Shown here piece after piece: positions 41,961 to 49,926 of a stretch of DNA of 64,000 nucleotides (its first letter is position 1; the number at the start of each line of letters is the position of its first letter). The translations under genes were made by a program, and so were the position numbers. Origin of the DNA: Anaerolineales bacterium (lineage in GTDB: Bacteria; Chloroflexota; Anaerolineae; Anaerolineales; E44-bin32). The stretch covers positions 82,876 through 146,875 of the forward strand of contig JBFFQB010000001.1 in NCBI GenBank assembly GCA_041573795.1, written 5' to 3'. The notes below the pieces were generated by a model, which saw nothing but the letters and a program-made list of their open reading frames with translations, did no database searches and had not been told where the DNA came from.

Positions 41961-41976
41961 TTTAAGGTTACGTGAG
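41961..41976 (+). repeat. 16-nt direct repeat copy 2 (TTTAAGGTTACGTGAG)
   Basis: Lies 157 bp downstream of copy 1 in the non-coding region upstream of dnaA. Confidence 0.7.
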
Positions 41977-42019
41977 CTTAAAATTTTACATTCTTTTAGG
42001 TTATCGGCGGCTTAGCGTA

Positions 42020-42048
42020 TTGAAGCGAGGGCCCCCTTTTGTTAGAAT
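42020..42048 (+). promoter_or_regulatory. candidate dnaA promoter
   Basis: TTGAAG (42020-42025), 17 nt, TAGAAT (42043-42048) with extended TG at 42040-42041. Implies a 5' UTR of about 180 nt that begins with a 9-bp hairpin (42056-42091). Confidence 0.55.
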
Positions 42049-42233
42049 GGCTCCACCGTGGGTGAAGTGGCAAGAGGAGGAGCACCCACGGCTTCCATTA
42101 GCCCGAGCGGAACTTCTGTCGTCTCCTCGGCGACCTGGGCTTAGCGGCGTCAAGGAAGTTGTTTTTCACTCCGAGCAATAACAACCAAGAACCCGTCATG
42201 CGGAAAAGAGCAGGCGGAGCCTCAGAGGTGTGG

Positions 42234-43574
42234 ATGAACGCGGAGCGACACTGGCAAGCAGCGCTAGGACAACTGCAAATGGAACTGCCACGCGCGGCTT
42301 ATAATACCTGGGTCCGCGACGCTGAATACTTAGCTTACGAGGACAGCACCTTCATTATCGGAGCCCGGAACGCCTATGCGCGTGATTGGCTCGAGGATCG
42401 CCTGCTGGCTACGGTGAAGCACGTGCTGACAGGCATCCTGGGAAGAACGGTGGATGTCCGCTTTGTGGTTTGGCAGGGTGATCCACATGAGCAAAGCTCG
42501 AAGCCTGTCCATCCCATCCATTACCAAGAAACCAATACGCCGAGCACTTCATCGCTCAATCGGCGCTACACTTTTGAAACATTCGTTGTTGGCACCGGTA
42601 ATCGTTTGGCTCACGCCGCTGCACAGGCGGTGGCTGAAAGCCCGGCAAGAGCCTACAACCCACTCTTCCTCCATGGCGGTGTCGGACTCGGTAAAACGCA
42701 TCTCTTGCATGCCGTAGGTCATGTCTGTATTCAGGCGGGTTTGAATGTTCTCTACGTATCATCGGAGGAGTTTACTAACGATCTGGTTAACGCCATTAGG
42801 ATGCAGAACACAGCCATCTTCAGGGAGCGTTACCGAAGGATTGACGTTCTGCTGATTGACGATATCCAATTTATTGCTGGTAAGGAATCGACACAGGAAG
42901 AGTTTTTTCATACATTCAATACACTCCATGGCCAGGATAAACAGCTGGTGATCTCTTCGGATCGGCCGCCGCGCTCGCTGGTCACACTGGAAGAACGTCT
43001 TCGCTCGCGCTTCGAATGGGGAATGACGGCTGATATTCAAACGCCAGATTTTGAAACCCGCCTGGCGATTCTCCGATCCAAAGCCGATCGAGCAGGTCGA
43101 TCTGTCGATGATGAAGTCCTCGAGCTAATCGCAAATCGGGTGCAAAGTAATATCCGAGAACTTGAAGGGGCGCTGACGCGCGTCATAGCTTATGCGGATC
43201 TGAGCGGACAATCATTGACTCTTGCGTTGGTTGAAATGGCACTGGGTGAACTTGTAGCGCAGCGTGGCTCAGTGACACCGGACGATATCATCGCTGCGGT
43301 CGCACAGCGCTATGAGCTGGATAACGAGCAATTAATTGGACGCAATCGCTCAAAGCTCGTTGCACAGGCCCGACAGGTGGCGATGTACCTCATGCGCGAG
43401 GAGACCTCGAACTCGCTTCCCAAAATCGGGGATGTCCTCGGAGGCCGCGATCACTCTACAATTTTGCACGGATATGAAAAAATTTCAGGACAACTGGAAA
43501 CGAACGATACTTTGCGCCGAGATATCAAGGCAATTCGCGAGCGGCTCTTCCAAGGCGTAAAAGCAGGCCTTTAA
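42234..43574 (+). CDS. dnaA: chromosomal replication initiator protein DnaA
   Basis: Walker A GGVGLGKTHLLHA, box VII, C-terminal DNA-binding motif DHSTILHGYEKI. Start at MNAERHW preferred (ORF opens at 42159; ATG 42198 also possible). Confidence 0.95.
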   Translation: MNAERHWQAALGQLQMELPRAAYNTWVRDAEYLAYEDSTFIIGARNAYARDWLEDRLLATVKHVLTGILGRTVDVRFVVWQGDPHEQSSKPVHPIHYQETNTPSTSSLNRRYTFETFVVGTGNRLAHAAAQAVAESPARAYNPLFLHGGVGLGKTHLLHAVGHVCIQAGLNVLYVSSEEFTNDLVNAIRMQNTAIFRERYRRIDVLLIDDIQFIAGKESTQEEFFHTFNTLHGQDKQLVISSDRPPRSLVTLEERLRSRFEWGMTADIQTPDFETRLAILRSKADRAGRSVDDEVLELIANRVQSNIRELEGALTRVIAYADLSGQSLTLALVEMALGELVAQRGSVTPDDIIAAVAQRYELDNEQLIGRNRSKLVAQARQVAMYLMREETSNSLPKIGDVLGGRDHSTILHGYEKISGQLETNDTLRRDIKAIRERLFQGVKAGL

Positions 43575-43602
43575 TTGCCAATTTCGCTGGATTATGCATC
43601 AT

Positions 43603-43630
43603 AAAACCGCCGTCAAACGGCGGTTTTTTT
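43603..43630. terminator. bidirectional rho-independent terminator between dnaA and degV-like gene
   Basis: AAAA-CCGCCG-tcaaa-CGGCGG-TTTTTTT. Confidence 0.85.
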
Positions 43631-43655
43631 GTGGATGGTTCGGTAAGAATTTGAT

Positions 43656-44492
43656 CTATTCGACCGGGTAACCAAACATGCCGATTACGCCCGGTCCACC
43701 ATGTACAGCCAAAGACGGAACGATGTCGTTAAGCATGAGTTCATTGACGTTAAATAGCGCATGAGCTTCTCGGACAAGCCAGTCCGCATCCGCTGGGGCG
43801 CGGGCATGCATAATGGCTAGATTAACAGGTTGTCTGCGTCCAAGGTGTTGTTCGAGAAGCTCAAGTAAGCGAGCTAGTGCCTTAGACCGGGTGCGAACAT
43901 TCTCTCCTGCTTCCAACGTTCCGTCTTCGAGATATATGATCGGTTTAACTTTTAGCATAGACGCAATCGCGCTTTGTAGTCGACCGACACGCCCGCTCAT
44001 TTGCAGGTACTTAAGCGTGAGGGGCGTCAGAAACAACCTTGATGTGGATCGAATTACTTCCAGGCGCCTTAAAATTTCCGGAAGCGATGCGCCAGCCTGA
44101 GCCAAACGCGCGGCCTCAAGCACCATCCAGCCTGTTCCGAGCGAAATACTGCCCGAATCAAAGACCTCGACCTCGGCCTCCGGCAGCATTGATTTCGCCA
44201 TGATAGCTGACTCAAAGGTGCCACTGTGCTTGCGCGTAATGGTGATGACGAGAATGGTGTCATCCTGTAACTCTTCATAATATTTAGCGAACCAGGCAGG
44301 TGTGGGCTGGGAGCTGGTCGGGATGATTCCGAGCTCTTCAACTTTCTTGTAAAATTGTTCTCGGTTTATATCGAGCCCTTCCTCATAGGTTTCCTGACCA
44401 AACTGGATTGCGATCGGGGCAATGTGCAAGTCATATTGCTGTAGCACTTCTTCCGTTAAGTTGCAGGTGCTATCTGCGACAATTTTGATCAT
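43656..44492 (-). CDS. DegV-family fatty-acid-binding protein
   Basis: MIKIVADSTCNL...TSSQPTP... DegV signature; about 280 aa. Confidence 0.9.
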   Translation of the reverse strand: MIKIVADSTCNLTEEVLQQYDLHIAPIAIQFGQETYEEGLDINREQFYKKVEELGIIPTSSQPTPAWFAKYYEELQDDTILVITITRKHSGTFESAIMAKSMLPEAEVEVFDSGSISLGTGWMVLEAARLAQAGASLPEILRRLEVIRSTSRLFLTPLTLKYLQMSGRVGRLQSAIASMLKVKPIIYLEDGTLEAGENVRTRSKALARLLELLEQHLGRRQPVNLAIMHARAPADADWLVREAHALFNVNELMLNDIVPSLAVHGGPGVIGMFGYPVE

Positions 44493-44529
44493 GTCTCTTC
44501 AGCCTATTCTCCGGCGTGAGCCTTGACAA

Positions 44530-44979
44530 CTAGGGGGCCTGGAATGGAGCCTTCCAGTCCGGTGATTTATGGACATGAACGATCTTCCAGCCGTCCTCGT
44601 GCTGGATAAGCACACGCGACTCGTTATAGCTTATCACTCGAACACCGCTAGCAGAACCCCTTGAAATGAGCATCGTGTAGGAACAGATTGCGGTTGCGTC
44701 GTAAACTTGTTCGCGATAATTTGCCAATTCGAAATGGACCCTGGTTTCAGCCCCGGAGCCACCCTCTTCAGGGAGTGGGTCCAGCGCCAGACCAGCGGTA
44801 TCCTCGCGCGAGGTCTCCGACATAATGAAATCATGAAAAGGCCAACCATCGATGCGGTGAGGGGTAACATGCCATTCGTACACACTTAATTCCTGGACAG
44901 ACGAGGCGCGGTACGCTTCAATATCGTTGGCGAAGATAGCAGCAAGGTGTTGTTCTAAAAATGGGCGGACTTTACTCAT
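44530..44979 (-). CDS. SnoaL/NTF2-like fold protein (function unknown)
   Basis: About 150 aa with a DUF4440/SnoaL-like pattern. GGAGG 5 nt upstream of ATG 44979. Confidence 0.55.
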   Translation of the reverse strand: MSKVRPFLEQHLAAIFANDIEAYRASSVQELSVYEWHVTPHRIDGWPFHDFIMSETSREDTAGLALDPLPEEGGSGAETRVHFELANYREQVYDATAICSYTMLISRGSASGVRVISYNESRVLIQHEDGWKIVHVHKSPDWKAPFQAP

Positions 44980-45004
44980 GTGTTCCTCCAAGGGTTGGGA
45001 CGGA

Positions 45005-47503
45005 CTAAAGCAAGCTTACTGGATCGATATCGACACCCCACCCCTCCGGTATATCTGCAGGCAAGATCTCTGATGGATTCGATCCGCGCAAAATAATATG
45101 CCAGCGGTATAACCCTCGAACGCGCTCGAAGAAGCAAGGTGCTGGCCCGATCATTTCGACCTTGTGATCCAAATCTTTGGTGACTTCACCTAAGAGCGTC
45201 GCCATTCGTTCGGTCTCTGCCTTAGCCCGGTGATTGGTGGGATGGCGATAAACCATTCGGACAAGCCGGGCATAAGGCGGATACCCTAGCTGTTGGCGCA
45301 ATTTCAGCTCGCGTTGATAGAAGCCGTGATAGTTATGCTGGGCTGCAGATTGGATCGCATAGTGATCGGGCTGAAAGCTCTGCAGCACTACACTACCTCC
45401 AAGCAGCCCACGACCGGCTCTTCCAGCAACCTGGGTTAGCACCTGAAAGGTACGCTCAGGGGCGCGATAGTCAGGGAGGTTGAGGCCGACGTCAGCGCTA
45501 ATTACACCTACCAGCGTTACCAACGGTAAATCCAATCCTTTTGCAAGCATTTGCGTTCCGATGAGCACATCGGCTCGATGTGCAGCAAAATGCGCCAGGA
45601 TGATTTCGTGCGCCCCTTTGGCCCGGGTGGAGTCTCTATCCCAGCGCAGCGTCCGAGCCCCCGGGAAAAGTTGCTCCACTTCGCTCTGAACTTTCTGCGT
45701 TCCTATGCCAAAACGGCGCACTCGCGGGCTGCTGCAATCTGGGCATACCTCTAGGCTGTCGGAAACTGCCCCACAATGGTGGCAGTGCCAGCGATCATCG
45801 TTTTCGTGATGGGTCAGGCTTGAGTCACAGCGTCGGCAACGCGCAACCCAGCCGCAATCCCGACAAAAAATGTAAGTGGAGGAGCCCCGCCGGTTTAGGA
45901 ACAGGATGGCCTGTTGACCGGCATCCAGCGTCTCCGCGAGCGCGCGTGTTAGAGCGCGGCTGAAAATGGATCGATTCCCGGCCTGTAACTCTTGACGCAT
46001 GTCGATAATGCGAACAGGTGGCAGCTCGATCGATAGGCTATCACCTTGCTGCTCTTGGTAGCGGATATCTAGGCCGAGGCGTTGTGCTTGTGCAGAGATC
46101 CGGCGACGGTGTCCCATGATGCGTTTGGGTAAGGCCAAACGTTGCAGGTGCTTTTGATCTGCGGCGTAGCTGCTGGTGATATCGGGTGTGGCGGAACCCA
46201 GAATGCACACTGCATTGGTCATGTGACTGTAGCGTATGGCCACGTCACGCGTTTGGTAGCGCGGCGAACGAGCTTGTTCCTTGTAGGATTCGTCATGCGA
46301 TTCATCCACAACAATCAGCCCGAGGTGGTGGAGGGGCATGAATAGTGCGCTGCGTGGCCCGATCATCAAATTGATGTCGCCCGAACGACAACGACGCCAA
46401 GTATCGAATCTTTCACCGTCGGACAACTGGGAATGGTTCAACCCGACCCGACCCGGAAAGCGTGCAAGAAATCGACGCACAGTCTGTGGTGTAAGTGCGA
46501 TCTCGGGGACAAGTACGACAGCGGAGAGACCTTGCTCAAGGGTTTGTTCAACTGACCGCAGATAGATTTCGGTTTTACCGGCTCCGGTTACGCCATGCAA
46601 GAGAAAAGGTTTGCGCGTCTTGGGATCAGATTGAATTTCTGCACGAATCTGATCCCATACATGATCTTGATCCGGAGTGAGTGCTGGTGCCTCCGTGGGG
46701 ACAAATTCCAACTCCTCTAACGGGTCGCGCCATACTTCCGCAGCACTTAACGCGATCAGGTCGTGCTCTTCAAGAACCCGAAGATCACTCAAGCTTCCGC
46801 CGCATTCGGCGTAAAGCCATTGCGCCTCAAGGGGTTCACCCTCGGCGATGAGAATCTCAATCATGCAGACCCGTCGTTGATGAGCCAGGCTACCGAGGCG
46901 GCCAATTTTAGCGACCCGCTCGAGAGCGGTTTGTGGCGCAAGCGCCAATCGGGCGGTGCGAACGAACTTTGGCTGAATCCGAGGAGCATCAAGGATGGAT
47001 TTGCGTTCGATGATCCCGCGTCGCACTAACGAATCCATGGCCGGGCGCCAGTTTCGATGGGGAAGTGCCCGGTTGAGTTGCCGACCGCGCAGGTTGCCGC
47101 GCCGCTTAAGCAGGTTGAGGATACGGTCCTGGATTGCTGAGTCACCGGTAGACTCCGCATCGCTGAGATGATAGATTGCATCGGTTTTTTGACTCAAGCC
47201 AGGGGGCAGCATCAAAGTAAGGCAATCGATAAGACTGGCGTGATAGGTGGAGGCTATCCACTCGGCGAGCGCTAGCTGTGCAGTGTTGATGACCGGTGTC
47301 GGGTCAAGCAGATCCTCGACCGGCCGGGTATCTCTTATTTCTGAATGAGCTCGCTGTGCAACGATGATCGCTTGCGCTTGACGCGATCCAAAAGGGACCG
47401 TGATCAATTGGCCGATGGTAATGCGTGATTGGAGTTCCTCCGGCACATGGTAGTCGAAGGTCCCGTGCACATGGGGTAGATTGACCGCGACCTCGACAAA
47501 CAT
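45005..47503 (-). CDS. priA: primosomal protein N' (replication restart helicase PriA)
   Basis: Walker A GVTGAGKTEIY, DExH-type VVDESHDESYK, Cys-rich zinc insertion (CRDCG...CRRCDSSLTHH...CHHCG...CPDC). Confidence 0.95.
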   Translation of the reverse strand: MFVEVAVNLPHVHGTFDYHVPEELQSRITIGQLITVPFGSRQAQAIIVAQRAHSEIRDTRPVEDLLDPTPVINTAQLALAEWIASTYHASLIDCLTLMLPPGLSQKTDAIYHLSDAESTGDSAIQDRILNLLKRRGNLRGRQLNRALPHRNWRPAMDSLVRRGIIERKSILDAPRIQPKFVRTARLALAPQTALERVAKIGRLGSLAHQRRVCMIEILIAEGEPLEAQWLYAECGGSLSDLRVLEEHDLIALSAAEVWRDPLEELEFVPTEAPALTPDQDHVWDQIRAEIQSDPKTRKPFLLHGVTGAGKTEIYLRSVEQTLEQGLSAVVLVPEIALTPQTVRRFLARFPGRVGLNHSQLSDGERFDTWRRCRSGDINLMIGPRSALFMPLHHLGLIVVDESHDESYKEQARSPRYQTRDVAIRYSHMTNAVCILGSATPDITSSYAADQKHLQRLALPKRIMGHRRRISAQAQRLGLDIRYQEQQGDSLSIELPPVRIIDMRQELQAGNRSIFSRALTRALAETLDAGQQAILFLNRRGSSTYIFCRDCGWVARCRRCDSSLTHHENDDRWHCHHCGAVSDSLEVCPDCSSPRVRRFGIGTQKVQSEVEQLFPGARTLRWDRDSTRAKGAHEIILAHFAAHRADVLIGTQMLAKGLDLPLVTLVGVISADVGLNLPDYRAPERTFQVLTQVAGRAGRGLLGGSVVLQSFQPDHYAIQSAAQHNYHGFYQRELKLRQQLGYPPYARLVRMVYRHPTNHRAKAETERMATLLGEVTKDLDHKVEMIGPAPCFFERVRGLYRWHIILRGSNPSEILPADIPEGWGVDIDPVSLL

Positions 47504-47507
47504 GAGC

Positions 47508-48863
47508 CTAGGGTTGGTCGGCGGCAGGGGATTGCTGTTCGGGATCCGACGGTTTCAAGCGGGTGATGGATACATGCGCGATGCGAAAACCATCCATGGC
47601 TTCCACTCGCAAGAGAATGCCATCGACCTTAATTGAGTCGCCGACTTTTGCCAGGCGTTCGAGGTGACCAAGGACGTAACCGGCGATGGTGTCGTAATTC
47701 GGGTCGGCGAGTTTTAGATCAAAATGCTCGTTGACTTCTTCGATTAGTGTAAGGCCATCAACTAAAGTTGATCCGTCGGGGAGCGGTTGGATATCACGTT
47801 CATTATCAAAGGCATCGCTAACCTCTCCCACGATCTCCTCCAACAAGTCTGCCAAAGTCACAACACCTGCTGTTCCGCCGTACTCGTCAAGCACAATGGC
47901 CATATGTCGCTGGCGTACCCTGAAGAGCTGCAAAAGGGTGCTTACGCGGGCGGTCTCGGGGATGAAGATCGCTTCGCGCATCAGATCGCGAGCGGTTTGG
48001 AGACCAGACCCGTTTCCATTAACGGCGAAGAGAAGGTCTTTAATGTTGACCACACCCAGGATCTGGTCCTGGTTTTCGGCATAGACGGGAAATTTCGTAA
48101 ATGTACTCTTGGCTGCGACCTCAATGATTTCGTCAATGCTGGCATCCTCTCGCACGGCAATCATCTCGGTGCGCGGGATCATCACCTGACGAACCAGTAA
48201 CCCCCCAAAGTCAAATACAGCGGTGAGCATCTCTTCGGCTTCCCCGCCAACTACCCCGCTTTGGGCGCTCGCTCGAACGAGCATCTTTAATTCTTCCACC
48301 GAGTGCACCAATTCATGCCCGGCGGCTGGCTCCACCCCGACCCAGCGTAGCAGGGCGTTGCCAGTGCCGTTAAGCGCCCAGATGAAGGGCTTAAAGATCG
48401 TCTCGGTCCATACAGTGGGCTGGGCGACATAGAGTGAAGTTCGTTCCGGATTTTGTAGCGCGATCGATTTTGGCGCGAGCTCGCCAATGACCACATGCAG
48501 GAAGGTGATGATTGCAAAGGAGAGCCCCGCCGAGAGGCTGTGGGCAATCTCGTCTTCGATTTGTGTAGGAAAGAGTCTAATCAAAGGCTCCAGGATATTT
48601 CCCAAGGCCGGCTCGGCGATCCAGCCCAGACCAAGGCTTGCCAGCGTGATCCCTAATTGGGTAGCGGCGATAAAGCGGTCAGGATCGTCGATCGCCTTCT
48701 TAACCCAGCGGGCACGCGCATTGCCTTGTGCTACGAGTTCTGCGACGCGTGTGCGCCGGACGCTCACCAGGGCGAACTCCGCCGCTACGAAGAATCCGTT
48801 CGCCAGGACAAGCAGGACGAGAGCGATTAAACGAAGAATATTAAGGAGAATTTCTGATTCCAT
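47508..48863 (-). CDS. CNNM/TlyC-family protein (DUF21 + CBS pair + CorC_HlyC)
   Basis: Four N-terminal TM helices, CBS pair, C-terminal transporter-associated domain. Stop lies 4 nt before the priA start. Confidence 0.9.
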   Translation of the reverse strand: MESEILLNILRLIALVLLVLANGFFVAAEFALVSVRRTRVAELVAQGNARARWVKKAIDDPDRFIAATQLGITLASLGLGWIAEPALGNILEPLIRLFPTQIEDEIAHSLSAGLSFAIITFLHVVIGELAPKSIALQNPERTSLYVAQPTVWTETIFKPFIWALNGTGNALLRWVGVEPAAGHELVHSVEELKMLVRASAQSGVVGGEAEEMLTAVFDFGGLLVRQVMIPRTEMIAVREDASIDEIIEVAAKSTFTKFPVYAENQDQILGVVNIKDLLFAVNGNGSGLQTARDLMREAIFIPETARVSTLLQLFRVRQRHMAIVLDEYGGTAGVVTLADLLEEIVGEVSDAFDNERDIQPLPDGSTLVDGLTLIEEVNEHFDLKLADPNYDTIAGYVLGHLERLAKVGDSIKVDGILLRVEAMDGFRIAHVSITRLKPSDPEQQSPAADQP

Positions 48864-48917
48864 AGCACCTTACCATATGTCTTTATTCATGGGTGCTCGA
48901 GTACGAGCATTCAGCCT

Positions 48918-49769
48918 TCATGCGATGGGTGACCGATCCTGTTGATAGATCACTGCGGATCCATAGCCGACCACGGAATCAAAATCACCAGTAATGTCTC
49001 CAGAGGTTGCGTGTTTTAGGACTTCTACCCGATCGGCACCCAGCCCCCGAGCAGCCCAGAGTGCGGCGGCTATTGCGCCCCGACCACAAGCAAATCCGAG
49101 ACCCTGTTCTTCTGCTGCGATCAACCCCTCGGGATTGAAGTGCTCGAGTTGTTCCAATATCTTCCGATCAAATTGCTTGGCCACGTCGTGCGGGTAGAAG
49201 TGGGATAGATCAGAGCTGGCGACAATGAGACAACGCCGACCTTGTAGCAAATGTGCCAGCGTTTCCCCTACGGATTTTCCTGCTCGTGCGCTCTGCTCGC
49301 GCAGCATGATCGGCACCAAGGTGTACGAGCTTTCTATACAGCGCTGTATGAATGGCAGTTCGATCTCGAGCGAATGCTCGCGGTCGTTTCGTAAGCGTCC
49401 AAGTTCTAGCCCCTGATCTTGTTCTAGTGTCGATTCAAACTTGTTTACCAGTTCCTGATCAATCGGGACGATTCCCAATGGGGTTGCATACGCTTCATGT
49501 GCGCTGATCAAGATGGGTTCATCAGTATACGTATGTAGCGGGGACAGAATCACGACAACTTCAAGTTGATGACCAAGGATCAATCGAAAAGCTTGCGCCG
49601 CTACGTTTCCGGAATAGCGATGCCCTGCGTGAGGAACGATTAACCCAATGATCTTCCCTTTGATATCTCGTGGTTCAACATCATGCAGGTATTGGTCAAT
49701 TGAGATCGCAAGGCTCTCTGCATCACCGGGGTACCAGGTTCCGGCGATGGGGGAGGGTCGAATATCCAT
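48918..49769 (-). CDS. MEMO1-family protein (AmmeMemoRadiSam system protein B type)
   Basis: MDIRPSPIAGTWYPGD N-terminus and VPHAGHRYSG metal-site motif. Start moved to the internal Met at 49769. Confidence 0.8.
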   Translation of the reverse strand: MDIRPSPIAGTWYPGDAESLAISIDQYLHDVEPRDIKGKIIGLIVPHAGHRYSGNVAAQAFRLILGHQLEVVVILSPLHTYTDEPILISAHEAYATPLGIVPIDQELVNKFESTLEQDQGLELGRLRNDREHSLEIELPFIQRCIESSYTLVPIMLREQSARAGKSVGETLAHLLQGRRCLIVASSDLSHFYPHDVAKQFDRKILEQLEHFNPEGLIAAEEQGLGFACGRGAIAAALWAARGLGADRVEVLKHATSGDITGDFDSVVGYGSAVIYQQDRSPIA

Positions 49770-49847
49770 TTTTTCTGCCACAGCAATGTGGATTTTAGCA
49801 TAAACGCCCTGCACCGAAGGCCTCCAGAAGGTTCTTTCGGGACAAGC

Positions 49848-49877
49848 TTGACAAACGAACAAATGTTCTGCTAGAAT
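49848..49877 (+). promoter_or_regulatory. near-consensus sigma70 promoter (TTGACA-18-TGcTAGAAT)
   Basis: TTGACA at 49848-49853; extended -10 TGCTAGAAT at 49869-49877; GGAGG at 49916-49920; ATG at 49927. Confidence 0.8.
49856..49869. promoter_or_regulatory. LexA/Cheo-type SOS box 1 (CGAACAAATGTTCT)
   Basis: Perfect GAAC-N4-GTTC palindrome, 13 of 14 match to CGAACRNRYGTTYC. Lies inside the promoter spacer. Confidence 0.75.
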
Positions 49878-49891
49878 AGAACACCCGTTCT
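49878..49891. promoter_or_regulatory. LexA/Cheo-type SOS box 2 (AGAACACCCGTTCT)
   Basis: Perfect GAAC-N4-GTTC palindrome immediately downstream of the -10, covering the predicted start site. Its centre is 22 bp from the centre of box 1. Confidence 0.7.
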
Positions 49892-49926
49892 ATCGTGGCG
49901 CGGGTCGAATTTTTTGGAGGTGTGAG

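Noticed and set aside
41972-42181. 69-aa plus-strand ORF in the dnaA upstream region
   Set aside because: It starts at a non-ATG codon with no SD, has an Arg/Pro/Leu-rich composition, and spans the predicted dnaA promoter and leader hairpin.
43624-43640. DnaA box downstream of dnaA (TGTGGATGG)
   Set aside because: It matches only 7 of 9 positions of TGTGGATAA, occurs once, and overlaps the terminator T-tract. That is insufficient to call an origin element.
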